Shown one piece after another: positions 40,752 to 51,267 of a stretch of 64,000 nt of DNA (its first letter is position 1; each line of letters begins with the position of its first letter). The position numbers were made by a program, and so were the translations under genes. The stretch comes from Sedimentisphaerales bacterium (GTDB lineage: Bacteria; Planctomycetota; Phycisphaerae; Sedimentisphaerales; SM23-30). The stretch covers positions 1-64,000 of the forward strand of contig CAXXFK010000006.1 in NCBI GenBank assembly GCA_963663965.2, in the 5' to 3' direction. The notes beneath the pieces were generated by a model. The model made no database searches. It was not told the origin of the DNA and saw only the letters and a program-made list of their open reading frames with translations.

Positions 40752-42209
40752 ATGGATCGTCGAGAATTTTTGCGCCGCGGATTAATGGGCCTGACTCTGG
40801 CTTCTGGATTACCGATGAGCCAATTAAAGGCTGCCGATAAGGCCAGTCGACCGAATATCCTGTTTTTGTTTACGGACGATCAATGTTTCCGAACCATTAA
40901 CGTTCTCAATAATAAAGAGGTGCATACCCCGAATATGGATCGCCTGGTGCGTCGGGGCGTGACCTTCACGCATTGTTTCAATCAGGGCGCCTGGAATGGC
41001 GCGATCTGTATAGCCAGCCGGGCTATGTTGAATACCGGGCGTTATGTCTGGACCTGTGGGGGGAATGATTGCGGGAACTATCCGCTCTGGGGAGAAACCT
41101 TTACCCGGGCCGGTTACGAGACCTATGGCGTGGGCAAATGGCATAACGGCAAGGCAACTTTCCAGCGAAGTTTTAAGCATCAAGGCCCTATGGGGGCAGG
41201 GATGTATGCCTCCAAACCCGTAACAAAAAAAGACGGAGATCGGGAAAAAGTCTATGATCCCTATAACCGGCCAAGGGAAGATGATTTCTGGTCGCCATCG
41301 GATACATCGCTGACCGGACACTGGTTTGATGTAGAAGGCAACAAGATCCATTCCAGTCAGTACTGGGCGGATCATGCCATCGATTTTCTCAATACGACGG
41401 CAAAGACCACCGAAAATCCCTTTTTCATGTATGTGGCGTTTAATGCCCCGCATGACCCCCGGCAATCGCCTCAAAAGTATGTCGATATGTATCCACCGGA
41501 AAAACTGACTATTCCCCCCAATTTTATGCCGGAGCATCCCTTTGATCAGGGCGATCATAAAGTCCGCGATGAATTGCTGGCACCTTTTCCCCGTACCAAA
41601 GAGGCTGTTCAAGTTCACCTGCAGGAATACTATGCGATCATTACCCATGCCGATTATCACATCGGACGGATACTGGATGCTCTCGAGGCCAGTGGCAAGG
41701 TGGATAATACGATCATCGTATTTTCCTCCGATCATGGCCTGGCGTTAGGGCAGCATGGTTTGATGGGCAAACAGAATCAATACGACCATTCCATCCGCAT
41801 GCCTTTGGTTCTGTGTGGCCCCGGACTGGAACCAGAACGCAAGATTGATGCCCTTGTCTATTTGCAAAGTATGTTTGCCACCACCTGTGACCTGGCCGGG
41901 ATTACGATTCCTGAGTCGGTTCAGTTTCCCAGCCTGCTGCCGCTGCTGCGCGGGGAGAAAAAAAACATTTACACCAGTATATATAATGGCTATCGCGATT
42001 TGCAGCGTTCCGTCAGGACCGAACGATATAAACTGATTCGCTATCCCGAGGTGGATGAAATACAGTTGTTCGATTTGCAAAACGATCCGTGGGAATTGAC
42101 CGATCTGGCGGAAAAAGAACCCTATCAGACTTTAAAAAAAGAATTAGACAGACAATTACATGACTGGATGAAAAAAACGGGTGACAAACTCGAATTGGCG
42201 CCATTGTGA
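40752..42209 (+). CDS. Tat-exported formylglycine-type sulfatase
   Basis: MDRREFL twin-arginine signal; PNILFLFTDD; CIASRAMLNTG; GKWH; APHDP; SSDHG; QLFDLQNDPWE. Confidence 0.93.
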   Translation: MDRREFLRRGLMGLTLASGLPMSQLKAADKASRPNILFLFTDDQCFRTINVLNNKEVHTPNMDRLVRRGVTFTHCFNQGAWNGAICIASRAMLNTGRYVWTCGGNDCGNYPLWGETFTRAGYETYGVGKWHNGKATFQRSFKHQGPMGAGMYASKPVTKKDGDREKVYDPYNRPREDDFWSPSDTSLTGHWFDVEGNKIHSSQYWADHAIDFLNTTAKTTENPFFMYVAFNAPHDPRQSPQKYVDMYPPEKLTIPPNFMPEHPFDQGDHKVRDELLAPFPRTKEAVQVHLQEYYAIITHADYHIGRILDALEASGKVDNTIIVFSSDHGLALGQHGLMGKQNQYDHSIRMPLVLCGPGLEPERKIDALVYLQSMFATTCDLAGITIPESVQFPSLLPLLRGEKKNIYTSIYNGYRDLQRSVRTERYKLIRYPEVDEIQLFDLQNDPWELTDLAEKEPYQTLKKELDRQLHDWMKKTGDKLELAPL

Positions 42210-42453
42210 TCCTGAAGGGCAGCATAAAAGTTTTTGGCGAATTTATCAGAGAATTTCAACTTTTTGTTGCAATATAGTTCTTTTTGAGTAAGGTATTGTT
42301 TTAAAGTGAAAATGAAGTGACGAGATTTCCGGTTTGCTCCCGCATTTGGGTGGTGTGTTAATTCGGGAAATTCTTGTGTAAAATTGGTTGTTACTTTTGT
42401 TGAGAGGGTAAATACTACCCAGTGACAATTGAATAGATGGAGGTATTAAGATC

Positions 42454-43488
42454 ATGTTGAAACGAAGCATTAAGGTTATTCTGGTTGTTGGAATGGCGTG
42501 GGGGATGGTTTCCTGCAAAAAAGAAACCACCACAGACGATTCCCCGGTTCCATCGGCGGCCCCGACCGCGTCGGCGCCGGTTAGAAACGCCGCTGCGACT
42601 ACCTCGGGAAGTGGCCCGATTGAACTGGCCCTGAAAATGGCGGCGGATACTACATTCCGGATTCGTACCCGAACAGAAGTGAATCTGGCGGAAAAGGGAT
42701 TGATGGGGAAAACGCGAAATTTCTGGTTTGAAATCGATGAAACGTATACCTGTACCAGTGTGGATGAAGATGGTACGATGACTATTAAACAAAGCTGGGA
42801 TGCCGGGCGAGGCAAGGGGGAAGTCGGGGGTGGACGTTTTGAATGGGACTCAATCGAAGGTCCAAGGGCAGTACCGGAGATTGCCGCAAAGTTCAAACGG
42901 TTGCTGGGCAAGTCGATGGAAACGGCCGTTAAGCCCAATGGCGAATTGGTCGATATGTGGGACGCCGATATTCTGGCGGATGCGATCCTGCTGGAAAATG
43001 GCGTGGATGGCCGCAAAATGGATGAAGAATTCTATCGTCTCCATCACCTGGAACCGATGATGGATTCGATCTGGGAGAGTCACGAAATGCTGTTGACTCC
43101 GGCGCTTTTTTCCTATCCGGATAAATCCCTGAAACCGGGTGATTGCTGGAGCTATCGCAGTAAAGCATCCGCCGTCAGTGAGGGATTCGAGTTGGTGTTT
43201 TTAACGCTGAAGGAAGTTCGTAATGGCAAAGCCATTTTCGATGTTAAAATCGGCGTCGATCTGGGCGATAATCCCATGGACAGCGACGCGGTGGCGGATA
43301 GAAAAAGCGAAACCGGGATAAATTCGACCGGTCGTATGACCTTCGATCTGGCCAGCGGCATGATCGAATCCGCTGAGTTGAAAGGCGAGATCAAGATCGA
43401 AAGTGATGTCAAAAACAAACTGTTTGACCAGTCGTTTGAACAGAATATGCAGGGAACGATCAAATTGTCCATGACACGTATTCGCTGA
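42454..43488 (+). CDS. Hypothetical lipoprotein (DUF6263-like beta-rich protein)
   Basis: Lipobox GMVSC, Pro/Ala/Thr linker, YPDKSLKPGDCW, MTFDLASGMI; GGAGG RBS. Confidence 0.65.
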   Translation: MLKRSIKVILVVGMAWGMVSCKKETTTDDSPVPSAAPTASAPVRNAAATTSGSGPIELALKMAADTTFRIRTRTEVNLAEKGLMGKTRNFWFEIDETYTCTSVDEDGTMTIKQSWDAGRGKGEVGGGRFEWDSIEGPRAVPEIAAKFKRLLGKSMETAVKPNGELVDMWDADILADAILLENGVDGRKMDEEFYRLHHLEPMMDSIWESHEMLLTPALFSYPDKSLKPGDCWSYRSKASAVSEGFELVFLTLKEVRNGKAIFDVKIGVDLGDNPMDSDAVADRKSETGINSTGRMTFDLASGMIESAELKGEIKIESDVKNKLFDQSFEQNMQGTIKLSMTRIR

Positions 43489-43525
43489 CCCCATTAACGT
43501 GTACGCCAGGCGTGCAGGAGCCACT

Positions 43526-44161
43526 ATGTCTCAGGAAATGCTGGATTATTTTGATAGTGATATGAAATATCTGGGAACGGCTGATCGTGAGGTCGTGCAT
43601 GAAAATGGCTGGTGGCATCAGACGTTTCATTGCTGGGTGATTCGTTCTTCGGGCCAGATCCTGTTTCAGCGGCGCAGCCGGTACAAGGCTGAGCATGCCG
43701 GCCTGCTGGATATCACCGCCGCCGGACATTTGCTCAGTGGTGAATCCATCATGGATGGTGTCCGGGAACTGGAGGAAGAAATTGGCGTGCGTGCCGATTT
43801 TGAAAAGCTGATCAACCTGGGCCTGCGAATTAATGCCGAAATGCTGGGAATGAAAATCAATCATGAGTTTTCCCATGAGTATTTTGTGCTGGATGATCGC
43901 GATCTGGATGAGTTTGTTTTGCAACCGGAAGAAGTGGAGGGGATTTTTGCGGCGGATATCAACGATGCAATCCGGTTTTTTGCCGGTCAGGATGATGTAC
44001 TGGCCATGCAGGGTGTGAAATTAAGTGACAATAATCAGATGAAGCAAGTCGATATCCATGTCAGGCCGGTGGATGTGGTATCACGAATCGGACCTTATTA
44101 TCTGACGGTTTGCCTGATGGCCCAGCGTTTTCTGGCTGGTGAAACGATTTTATCCATTTAG
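43526..44161 (+). CDS. NUDIX hydrolase (isopentenyl-diphosphate isomerase-like)
   Basis: VHENGWWHQTFHCWV, QRRS, AAGH..GES...VRELEEEIG, QPEEV. Confidence 0.88.
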   Translation: MSQEMLDYFDSDMKYLGTADREVVHENGWWHQTFHCWVIRSSGQILFQRRSRYKAEHAGLLDITAAGHLLSGESIMDGVRELEEEIGVRADFEKLINLGLRINAEMLGMKINHEFSHEYFVLDDRDLDEFVLQPEEVEGIFAADINDAIRFFAGQDDVLAMQGVKLSDNNQMKQVDIHVRPVDVVSRIGPYYLTVCLMAQRFLAGETILSI

Positions 44162-44270
44162 TCTCTTAGTAATGAATCTTGCGCAAAATGGCCAGGAAAT
44201 CAATAGGGGGCGGTGAATATCCTGTGGTCCTGTTGGGTTAAGTATTACCGGATCAGATAACATGAATAGG

Positions 44271-44714
44271 TTAGTCGCTAACGGTGGCATTCCATCCGCA
44301 GTAATGTTGAATGAAACGATTCAGATCGTTTTTTTCGAACGCTTGCGGATCCCAGGTCTGTGGTAGGGCCAGATGACGAAAAGCACTTTTAAGTCGGTAA
44401 GTCCAGGCATTGATGGGTGTGCAGGAGGAATGGTCGATAAAAATATCAACAGAGATACGTTCGTAGTAATCGCCTTCAAAACGATCAAGCCGGTTAATTT
44501 CCTGGCTGGTCAGTTTAAAATAAAGAACTCCCGTTACGTCGTGGGCATTCTGTCCCGGTAATATGACCGGATAACTGTCATCCCGGATTTTCAGGCGCTG
44601 ATAACCTGGCAGTCTGCCCCGGCACTGTTTAACCGGACGCCGGATTAATAAATTCCATACGCTGGGATACATTAACGACCCATAAACGAACAAGTGTGAA
44701 TCAGGATGAGTCAT
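44271..44714 (-). CDS. Gamma-glutamylcyclotransferase (AIG2-like) protein
   Basis: LFVYGSLM, LDRFEGDYYER. Confidence 0.88.
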   Translation of the reverse strand: MTHPDSHLFVYGSLMYPSVWNLLIRRPVKQCRGRLPGYQRLKIRDDSYPVILPGQNAHDVTGVLYFKLTSQEINRLDRFEGDYYERISVDIFIDHSSCTPINAWTYRLKSAFRHLALPQTWDPQAFEKNDLNRFIQHYCGWNATVSD

Positions 44715-44956
44715 GAAGGATAGTCTCTATATTAGCGGGTCTCTTTCAATTTTCTTTATCCGCGATAATATCATAGAACTGCTCATCATTCAACAGGGAT
44801 CGGTAGAGAATTCTGTCTGTAAGGATTATCCCGTTCATCGATAAGAAAAATAACGGTATATGGTAAGATTGGGTCTGGTTTGGCTAAAGGATTTGGATTA
44901 AGTTGAGCTTGATTCGTTTGAATGTGTGATGCGAGAAATGAGTTTTTCCCCCTCAA

Positions 44957-45000
44957 CCCGGCAGACCTTTTTTTACCCTCCCGGTCTGCCGGGATTTTTT
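44957..45000 (+). terminator. Plus-strand intrinsic terminator with no CDS immediately upstream
   Basis: 11-bp stem CCCGGCAGACC/GGTCTGCCGGG followed by ATTTTTT. Confidence 0.6.
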
Positions 45001-45040
45001 GGGGGCAGGTTGTTCGGGAATCAGTAATTTAATCAGAGGC

Positions 45041-45069
45041 TTGACGGGTTATAAGTCGCCTGCTAAAAT
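45041..45069 (+). promoter_or_regulatory. sigma70 promoter of guaB
   Basis: TTGACG-N17-TAAAAT with extended -10 TG. Confidence 0.65.
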
Positions 45070-45126
45070 AGCTGGGGATATTTTCTATGTTTATTTAACT
45101 GTTTTAAGCATAAAGGCTTATATAAT

Positions 45127-46596
45127 ATGGATGAAAAAATTACCGGCCATGCCATTACCTTTGACGATGTACTCTTACTGCCATGTGCAAGCGATTTTCT
45201 GCCACGTGAGGCGGATGTAAGGACACGCGTAACCAGAAATATAGGCATCAACATCCCATTGCTCAGTTCACCAATGGATACGGTAACCGAATCCGCACTG
45301 GCTATAGCACTGGCACAGGAAGGCGGTATTGGTATAATTCATAAGAATCTGACGATAGATCAGCAGATCCGAGAGGTTGACAAAGTTAAACGCAGTGAAA
45401 ATGGGGTGATTCTCGATCCCGTCACGCTGGGACCGGATGATTCGGTCAATACCGCGCGTAAGTTGATGACCGAACAGAATATCTCCGGGATTCCCATTGT
45501 TGATGATCAAAACAAATTGGTTGGTATCATTACCCGACGTGACCTGGCTTTTTTCAAAAACAGCGAAGATCTGGTTAAAAATGTCATGACCAGTCAGAAT
45601 CTGGTGACCAGTTCGCCAGAAACAACGATCCAGCAGGCTGAGGCGATACTCAACCAGAAAAAAGTGGAAAAACTATTGTTGATCCATCCGGATGGCACCC
45701 TGGCCGGATTAATCACCATGCGGGATATCGCCCGGGTGTATCAGTATCCCAATGCCTGTAAGGATACCCGTGGCAGGTTAAGGGTTGGCGCTTCGGTCAG
45801 TGTGCTGGATTTTCCCCGGGTGGAACAATTAATCAGTAAAGATGTCGATTTGATTGTGGTTGATTCCGCCCACGGCCATTCAAAAAATGTGCTGGAAACG
45901 GTAAAAGAGATCAAACGGAACTGGGATATCGATGTGATTGCCGGAAATGTGGCGACCTATCAGGCGGCGCGCGATTTGATTAACGCCGGCGCCGACGCCA
46001 TTCGGGTCGGGATCGGTCCCGGATCGATCTGTACCACACGGGTGGTCTCAGGTGTTGGTGTTCCACAGGTGACTGCGATTATGGAGTGTGCCAAGGCCGG
46101 CGATGAGAATGATGTTCCGATTATTGCTGATGGCGGTATCCGCATGAGCGGCGATATTACCAAGGCCATTGCGGCGGGGGCTTCCTCTGTCATGCTGGGT
46201 TCCCTGTTTGCCGGATTGGATGAATCTCCGGGCAAACTGGTGATTTATCAGGGTCGACGATTCAAGGAATATCGCGGTATGGGTTCAATGGGGGCCATGA
46301 TCACCGGCGGCGGCGCGCGCTATGGCCAGGATACCCGGGAAGCCGACAAGCTGGTGCCTGAAGGAGTGGAAGGCCGGGTGCCCTATCGCGGTACTCTGGG
46401 AGAGTATGTCTATCAACTGGTGGGCGGCTTGCGGGCCGGTATGGGCTATTGCGGCACACCCGACGTTGAATCCCTGCGGAAGCATGGCCGCTTTGTCCGG
46501 ATCACCTCTGCCAGTGTTCGTGAAAATCACCCTCATGACATTAATATTACCCACGAAGCTCCCAACTATTCGCTTCGAACTCCCCTGGAAGGCTAG
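45127..46596 (+). CDS. guaB: IMP dehydrogenase
   Basis: [15 protein letters not shown], two CBS domains, [31 protein letters not shown]. Confidence 0.97.
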   Translation: MDEKITGHAITFDDVLLLPCASDFLPREADVRTRVTRNIGINIPLLSSPMDTVTESALAIALAQEGGIGIIHKNLTIDQQIREVDKVKRSENGVILDPVTLGPDDSVNTARKLMTEQNISGIPIVDDQNKLVGIITRRDLAFFKNSEDLVKNVMTSQNLVTSSPETTIQQAEAILNQKKVEKLLLIHPDGTLAGLITMRDIARVYQYPNACKDTRGRLRVGASVSVLDFPRVEQLISKDVDLIVVDSAHGHSKNVLETVKEIKRNWDIDVIAGNVATYQAARDLINAGADAIRVGIGPGSICTTRVVSGVGVPQVTAIMECAKAGDENDVPIIADGGIRMSGDITKAIAAGASSVMLGSLFAGLDESPGKLVIYQGRRFKEYRGMGSMGAMITGGGARYGQDTREADKLVPEGVEGRVPYRGTLGEYVYQLVGGLRAGMGYCGTPDVESLRKHGRFVRITSASVRENHPHDINITHEAPNYSLRTPLEG

Positions 46597-46599
46597 ACC

Positions 46600-47100
46600 A
46601 TGAAAGTAAAACTAACCGGCGCTATTCTGGTAAATCTTGTTATGATCCTTTGTCTGATGGGGGGGTGTTCCCGGAGCGGTTTTTTGAAAAAACCCGCTGA
46701 AACGGTTGTACAGGATGATCCCAATTCCATCTCGATTGTTTCCCTGGATGAGAGGAACATCACATCGGCAGAATCCATTCAGCCCACCGGCCGGAATCGT
46801 CCCTGGCGTGAACAGGTGGCGTATTTTCAAATGGGATCCGTCAAGCACGAGCCCATTTATTTCACCGGCGTTTACGATGATTGTACTGAATTCCCTGTGA
46901 ACTTCCGTATCTGGAATCGTAACGATATCGAAGCCACCCTCCTCCCGCCGGCTGAATTCCTGGTGGATCTGGTATTCCTACCCTGGCAGCTTTATCGCAA
47001 TCCACCTATTGAACCGGATACCAGCCGAAGTGTCTATCCCTATGTTTCACCCTGTTATGAAATTCCGTGCATGCCCGCCAGTCTGGAATGTGGCCGGTAA
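46600..47100 (+). CDS. Hypothetical lipoprotein
   Basis: Lipobox LMGGC; starts 3 nt after the guaB stop; HEPIYF motif. Confidence 0.7.
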   Translation: MKVKLTGAILVNLVMILCLMGGCSRSGFLKKPAETVVQDDPNSISIVSLDERNITSAESIQPTGRNRPWREQVAYFQMGSVKHEPIYFTGVYDDCTEFPVNFRIWNRNDIEATLLPPAEFLVDLVFLPWQLYRNPPIEPDTSRSVYPYVSPCYEIPCMPASLECGR

Positions 47101-47104
47101 GCGA

Positions 47105-47911
47105 TTAATGTTCTCTATCAGCCCGTTCAAAGGCCTGTAATATTTTGTCCAGCGCGTCATAGGGCGTTGCGCCGATATCGACCGTAAAATGTTCCTCGGT
47201 GTTGTCAGCGGTGACAACCTGTCCATTGGTGGTCAGTATATTACAGGTTTTTCGTTTGTGACTGGTCCTGGTAATCACCTGAAACGCTGCCAGTGATGGA
47301 TGGGCCAGGAACTGGACATCCATGGCCAGCGCGCTGATCGGGTATCCGTTGCGGTTCATGCCTAATTTACTGAGTCGGATTTTAAACGTATCGGGCTTGC
47401 CCGAGAGCAGGGCTACCGACGCGTGCCGGTAATAATAATCACCCTGGGCCTGTTTATGGCCTACGCGCGCCAGTTGTTCATCCGCATCAGAGAGTTGATC
47501 GACGCCCGGACAGAACAATACTTCAGGCTGGTCGTTCAGATATTTCTGTAAGAGCAGCCCCAGGCCAACCGGATCGCCGTTTTCCAGCGATAATAAACTG
47601 GTTACATTCCCGGTAACCGTATAAAAGTTAGATCCCGTGACAGGTCGTCCACCCGGTCCAAAAGGAATCATGTCATCATAATCGCCGGCATAGACATGAA
47701 TCGCGATACCGATCTCACGCAGGTTCGAACTGCAAACCACGCGCCGGGCCTGTTGGCGGGCCTGGCCCAGCGAGGGCAGCAGAATGGCAACCAACAACGA
47801 AATAATGGTAATAACGACCAGTAATTCGATCAGGGTAAAGGCCCTCAATCGCAGGTTTCGCCGCAGGCTGAATCGGGTTGTAATATCAGGGTTCATAATG
47901 AAGCCAGGCAT
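47105..47911 (-). CDS. Prepilin-type N-terminal cleavage/methylation protein (DUF1559-like), degenerate H-X10-NG tail
   Basis: [46 protein letters not shown]. Start may be 47896. Confidence 0.9.
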   Translation of the reverse strand: MPGFIMNPDITTRFSLRRNLRLRAFTLIELLVVITIISLLVAILLPSLGQARQQARRVVCSSNLREIGIAIHVYAGDYDDMIPFGPGGRPVTGSNFYTVTGNVTSLLSLENGDPVGLGLLLQKYLNDQPEVLFCPGVDQLSDADEQLARVGHKQAQGDYYYRHASVALLSGKPDTFKIRLSKLGMNRNGYPISALAMDVQFLAHPSLAAFQVITRTSHKRKTCNILTTNGQVVTADNTEEHFTVDIGATPYDALDKILQAFERADREH

Positions 47912-48704
47912 CGATCCATAGGATCAGGTCCTGTATGTTAATGCATCGATCGCCGGACATATCGGCAGTATCGGTGTCGCAAGCGAGCCAATGAACTGAC
48001 ATTTCAGCCAGGTCGTTCAGGTTAACTTGATGGTCAAAAGTGAAGTCAGACACGGTTTCTGAGTCAAGACGAACTGCATCGATGTCCCAGAAACCACCGG
48101 GCATTCCCGTGGAACGGATGGCAATGCCAATAGGCCTGCCCGCCCAGGGATCTTCAGGTTTAACTGCCGGCAAGGCGACCGAAAAATCCTGTAAGACGCT
48201 GGAAGACAGCGTTTCAGGGGAAACAGAGTACGAAACGATTTCAATGGTATTAGGATCGTTATCCTGAAGATAATAGAGTGACAGTTTCAATGTATTAGGA
48301 CTTGTTGGGGGGAAGCGCATCGAAACCCCGACGGCTACCGTTAATTCATAGTTTTTGCCGGGTATATAGCTGGCCTGTAAAACCTGTAAAATGGCGTTAC
48401 CCTGTTCGCTGCCGATAAAGACCAGTTGACGCCCGTCGGCATTGGTGATGTGATCATTATTGGGGCTGTTCGGTTCCGGATTTAAAAAGGTTCCAGTATT
48501 CTGACTGTATTCCAGATCGACATCCAGTTCGGTCCACATCGGGATAACCGGAATGGCATAAAATGGATTGGTGATCGGATCGATTTCAGGAATTTCGAAT
48601 GAGGCGTTGGCTATTGGAATCATTTCAGAATAAACAAAATGCCCCGGTAATATCAAGAGCGCAACGAACAATAAAGTTTTTAAGAGACCAGTCTCAGAAT
48701 TCAC
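47886..48704 (-). CDS. Secreted protein with a CBM-like N-domain and a C-terminal dockerin-like pair
   Basis: GTG start with AGGAG RBS; signal peptide; [47 protein letters not shown]. Confidence 0.75.
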   Translation of the reverse strand: MNSETGLLKTLLFVALLILPGHFVYSEMIPIANASFEIPEIDPITNPFYAIPVIPMWTELDVDLEYSQNTGTFLNPEPNSPNNDHITNADGRQLVFIGSEQGNAILQVLQASYIPGKNYELTVAVGVSMRFPPTSPNTLKLSLYYLQDNDPNTIEIVSYSVSPETLSSSVLQDFSVALPAVKPEDPWAGRPIGIAIRSTGMPGGFWDIDAVRLDSETVSDFTFDHQVNLNDLAEMSVHWLACDTDTADMSGDRCINIQDLILWIDAWLHYEP

Positions 48705-49117
48705 GGTAATCTCTCCTTTGAGTTTAAATTTGAAGGGATCTATCGATATTTGTGATAGTTGTGTCGGACATGAAATATCTGCTTAATAATATTGTTGTGA
48801 TCCGCATAATGCTGAAAACTTAATAAATTATATGCCTCTGAAATGGCATGTCAATTCATCCGCAATTTCAACTCAGGTAATATACTTAAGAAAAAGCTTA
48901 TCGAGGCATGATAAAACTTAGCAATAATTCATGGTAATAATCGATATGCCGCTGCCCGATAACAGGGTTCAATAAATGGATTCTTGAAGTCTGTAAATTT
49001 ATAACATGTTATAATACAATGTGTTAAGCGTCTTTAGTCTATATTGGAATCTTATGATTTAACAGGAAAGTCAACCAGGCAAAGCTGATATTAAAATACG
49101 GGTATATTACGAAACAT

Positions 49118-49145
49118 TTGATTTTTTCGCAAAGCAGACTATAAT
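49118..49145 (+). promoter_or_regulatory. Putative sigma70 promoter of ilvB copy 1
   Basis: TTGATT-N16-TATAAT. Confidence 0.55.
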
Positions 49146-49160
49146 TTAAGTAATTGTAGC

Positions 49161-49256
49161 GCTCAAAGTCTGAGCAGTCTGACCGATCTCAGTTCATGAT
49201 CAGGGCTGGTGGCCTTGTTCAGGGATGTGATCGGATGCTTATTTACGGCTTTGAGT
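49161..49256 (+). ncRNA. Candidate cis-regulatory structured RNA in the ilvB copy 1 leader
   Basis: Nested pairings CTCAAAGTC/GGCTTTGAG, TGAGC/GCTTA, CCGATC/GATCGG, AGGGCT/GGCCTT; homologous to 51125-51195. Confidence 0.6.
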
Positions 49257-49293
49257 TGGTAAATCGATGGCTGATGTAAGAAGGAGCCTAAAT

Positions 49294-51048
49294 ATGTCAG
49301 TAATTTCAAATCAAAACGGAGCCGTTGCGGCCCCGAGTCGGAATCATTATTCAACCGAACAAATGCAAGGCGCCAAAGTTCTGTATGAAGTCTTGCGTAA
49401 AGAGGGTGTCGAAGTTGTTTTTGGCTATCCCGGCGCAGTGTTGCTGCCCTTGTTCGACCTGTTCTACGATGGCCCCATCGAACTGGTGTTAAGCCGTCAC
49501 GAGCAGGGCGCGACCCATATGGCCGATGGATATGCCCGGGCAACGGGAAAGCCCGGAGTGGTATTGGTCACCAGTGGTCCGGGCGCCTGCAACACGGTTT
49601 GTGGTGTCGCGACCGCGCATCTTGATTCGGTTCCCATGGTCGTTATGACCGGACAGGTCCGGACGACTTCTATTGGCAATGATGCGTTTCAGGAAGCCGA
49701 TATCACCGGTATTTCGCGTCCGATCACCAAACATAATATGATTATCAAATCGCCCGATGAAGTGGCCCGCTCCATGCACGAAGCCTTTTATCTGGCGCGT
49801 ACCCGCCGTCCGGGGGTGGTTTTAGTCGATCTGCCGGCTGATGTCCTGGGCGGTCAATCCGGTACTGAGGATATCGGTTATGAACCGGATCTACCCGGAT
49901 ATAAACTGCCTGGATCTGCCAATATCCGTCAGGTCAAACGGCTGGCTGAGGCTCTGAATCAGGCGGAAAAACCTGTCATTTATGTGGGTGGGGGAGTGAT
50001 CATTTCCGGCGCTTCCAATGAGGTTCGCCAACTGGTTGCCAAAGCCAACGCGCCGGTCACCACGACATTAATGGCGCTGGGCGCAGTGGATGAATCGGAT
50101 TATCATTCACTGAATATGCTGGGTATGCATGGAACCGCTTACGCCAATTTCGCCGTACAGGAATGTGATCTGCTGGTATCAATCGGCGCCCGCTTCGATG
50201 ACCGGGTAACAGGCGATGTCAAACGGTTCGCCCCCCATGCCACGATTGCCCATATCGATGTGGATCCTTCCAGTATCTCCAAGAGCGTTAAAGTCGATAT
50301 CCCGATTGTCGGTGATGCCAAATCCGTGCTGACCGAGTTGTTGCCGTTTGTCGAAACCAAACCGCGCAAAGCCTGGTTCCAGTGGATTGATGATCTTAAA
50401 CGGACTCATCCGCTGAGTTATGAAACCAGGGGTGAAAGTATCAAACCGCAGGCGGTTATTGAGGAAATCAGTCGCCAGACACAGGGCAATGCCATATTAA
50501 CCACCGGTGTCGGTCAGCATCAGATGTGGGCCGCACAGTTCTATCAATTCAAATATCCTCGCCATTTTCTTTCTTCCGGCGGTCTGGGCACCATGGGCTA
50601 TGGTCTGCCTGCCGCGATTGGCGCTCAAATCGCTTTTCCGGACAAACAGGTGATCTGTATCGAAGGCGATTGCAGTTACAGCATGACCTTAAACGAACTG
50701 CCTACTGCCGTTGAAAACAAGCTGCCGGTTAAGACCTTTGTTTTAAACAATGGCTATATGGGTATGGTTCGCCAGTGGCAGGAACTATTCTATGGCCGGC
50801 GTTATTCGAAAAGCCATATGCAGCATCCGAGTTTTGCCAAAGTGGCCCAGGCCTTTGGCGCGGTCGGAATCGAAGTTCGCAAAGCCAGTGAATTGCCGGC
50901 CGTCATTAAGCAGGTTCTGGCCGAGAAGCGGCCTTGCGTAGTCGATGTCTTCGTCGAAACCGAAGAAAATGTCTGGCCGATGGTGGCCTCCGGCAAGGCG
51001 CTTGACGAGATGGCCGGGTTGGCTGTTTCAACCATTGAACCGATCTGA
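49294..51048 (+). CDS. ilvB: Acetolactate synthase large subunit, copy 1
   Basis: [75 protein letters not shown] before ATG 49294. Confidence 0.93.
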   Translation: MSVISNQNGAVAAPSRNHYSTEQMQGAKVLYEVLRKEGVEVVFGYPGAVLLPLFDLFYDGPIELVLSRHEQGATHMADGYARATGKPGVVLVTSGPGACNTVCGVATAHLDSVPMVVMTGQVRTTSIGNDAFQEADITGISRPITKHNMIIKSPDEVARSMHEAFYLARTRRPGVVLVDLPADVLGGQSGTEDIGYEPDLPGYKLPGSANIRQVKRLAEALNQAEKPVIYVGGGVIISGASNEVRQLVAKANAPVTTTLMALGAVDESDYHSLNMLGMHGTAYANFAVQECDLLVSIGARFDDRVTGDVKRFAPHATIAHIDVDPSSISKSVKVDIPIVGDAKSVLTELLPFVETKPRKAWFQWIDDLKRTHPLSYETRGESIKPQAVIEEISRQTQGNAILTTGVGQHQMWAAQFYQFKYPRHFLSSGGLGTMGYGLPAAIGAQIAFPDKQVICIEGDCSYSMTLNELPTAVENKLPVKTFVLNNGYMGMVRQWQELFYGRRYSKSHMQHPSFAKVAQAFGAVGIEVRKASELPAVIKQVLAEKRPCVVDVFVETEENVWPMVASGKALDEMAGLAVSTIEPI

Positions 51049-51063
51049 TCAGTTTGTTTTAAC

Positions 51064-51091
51064 TTGTCTTATCGCAGATTTATACTATACT
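51064..51091 (+). promoter_or_regulatory. Putative sigma70 promoter of ilvB copy 2-ilvN-ilvC
   Basis: TTGTCT-N16-TATACT. Confidence 0.5.
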
Positions 51092-51124
51092 TATTGGTTT
51101 AAATTCTTTTGAGTTTGCATCCTG

Positions 51125-51195
51125 TGAGCCAATTATCCGTATCCATCTCATTGCCGCGGCCTGGCTGGCCCGGTGCGGGGAGATACGGCCGCTCG
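51125..51195 (+). ncRNA. Candidate cis-regulatory structured RNA in the ilvB copy 2 leader
   Basis: TGAGC/GCTCG, CCGTATC/GATACGG, GCCG/CGGT, GGCC/GGCC; same length and architecture as 49171-49241. Confidence 0.6.
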
Positions 51196-51267
51196 TGACT
51201 TAAATGCTTATTGCGTAATAAGATACAGGTGCATGTCTTGGAAGCTGTTTTTTGTAAGGAGTCAGTT

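Noticed and set aside
49196..49279. Leader-peptide attenuator for ilvB (MIRAGGLVQG...; also the GTG ORF 51124-51198)
   Set aside because: No run of Ile/Leu/Val codons, no SD, no terminator U-tract, and the peptides are not conserved between the two leaders, whereas the RNA structure is.
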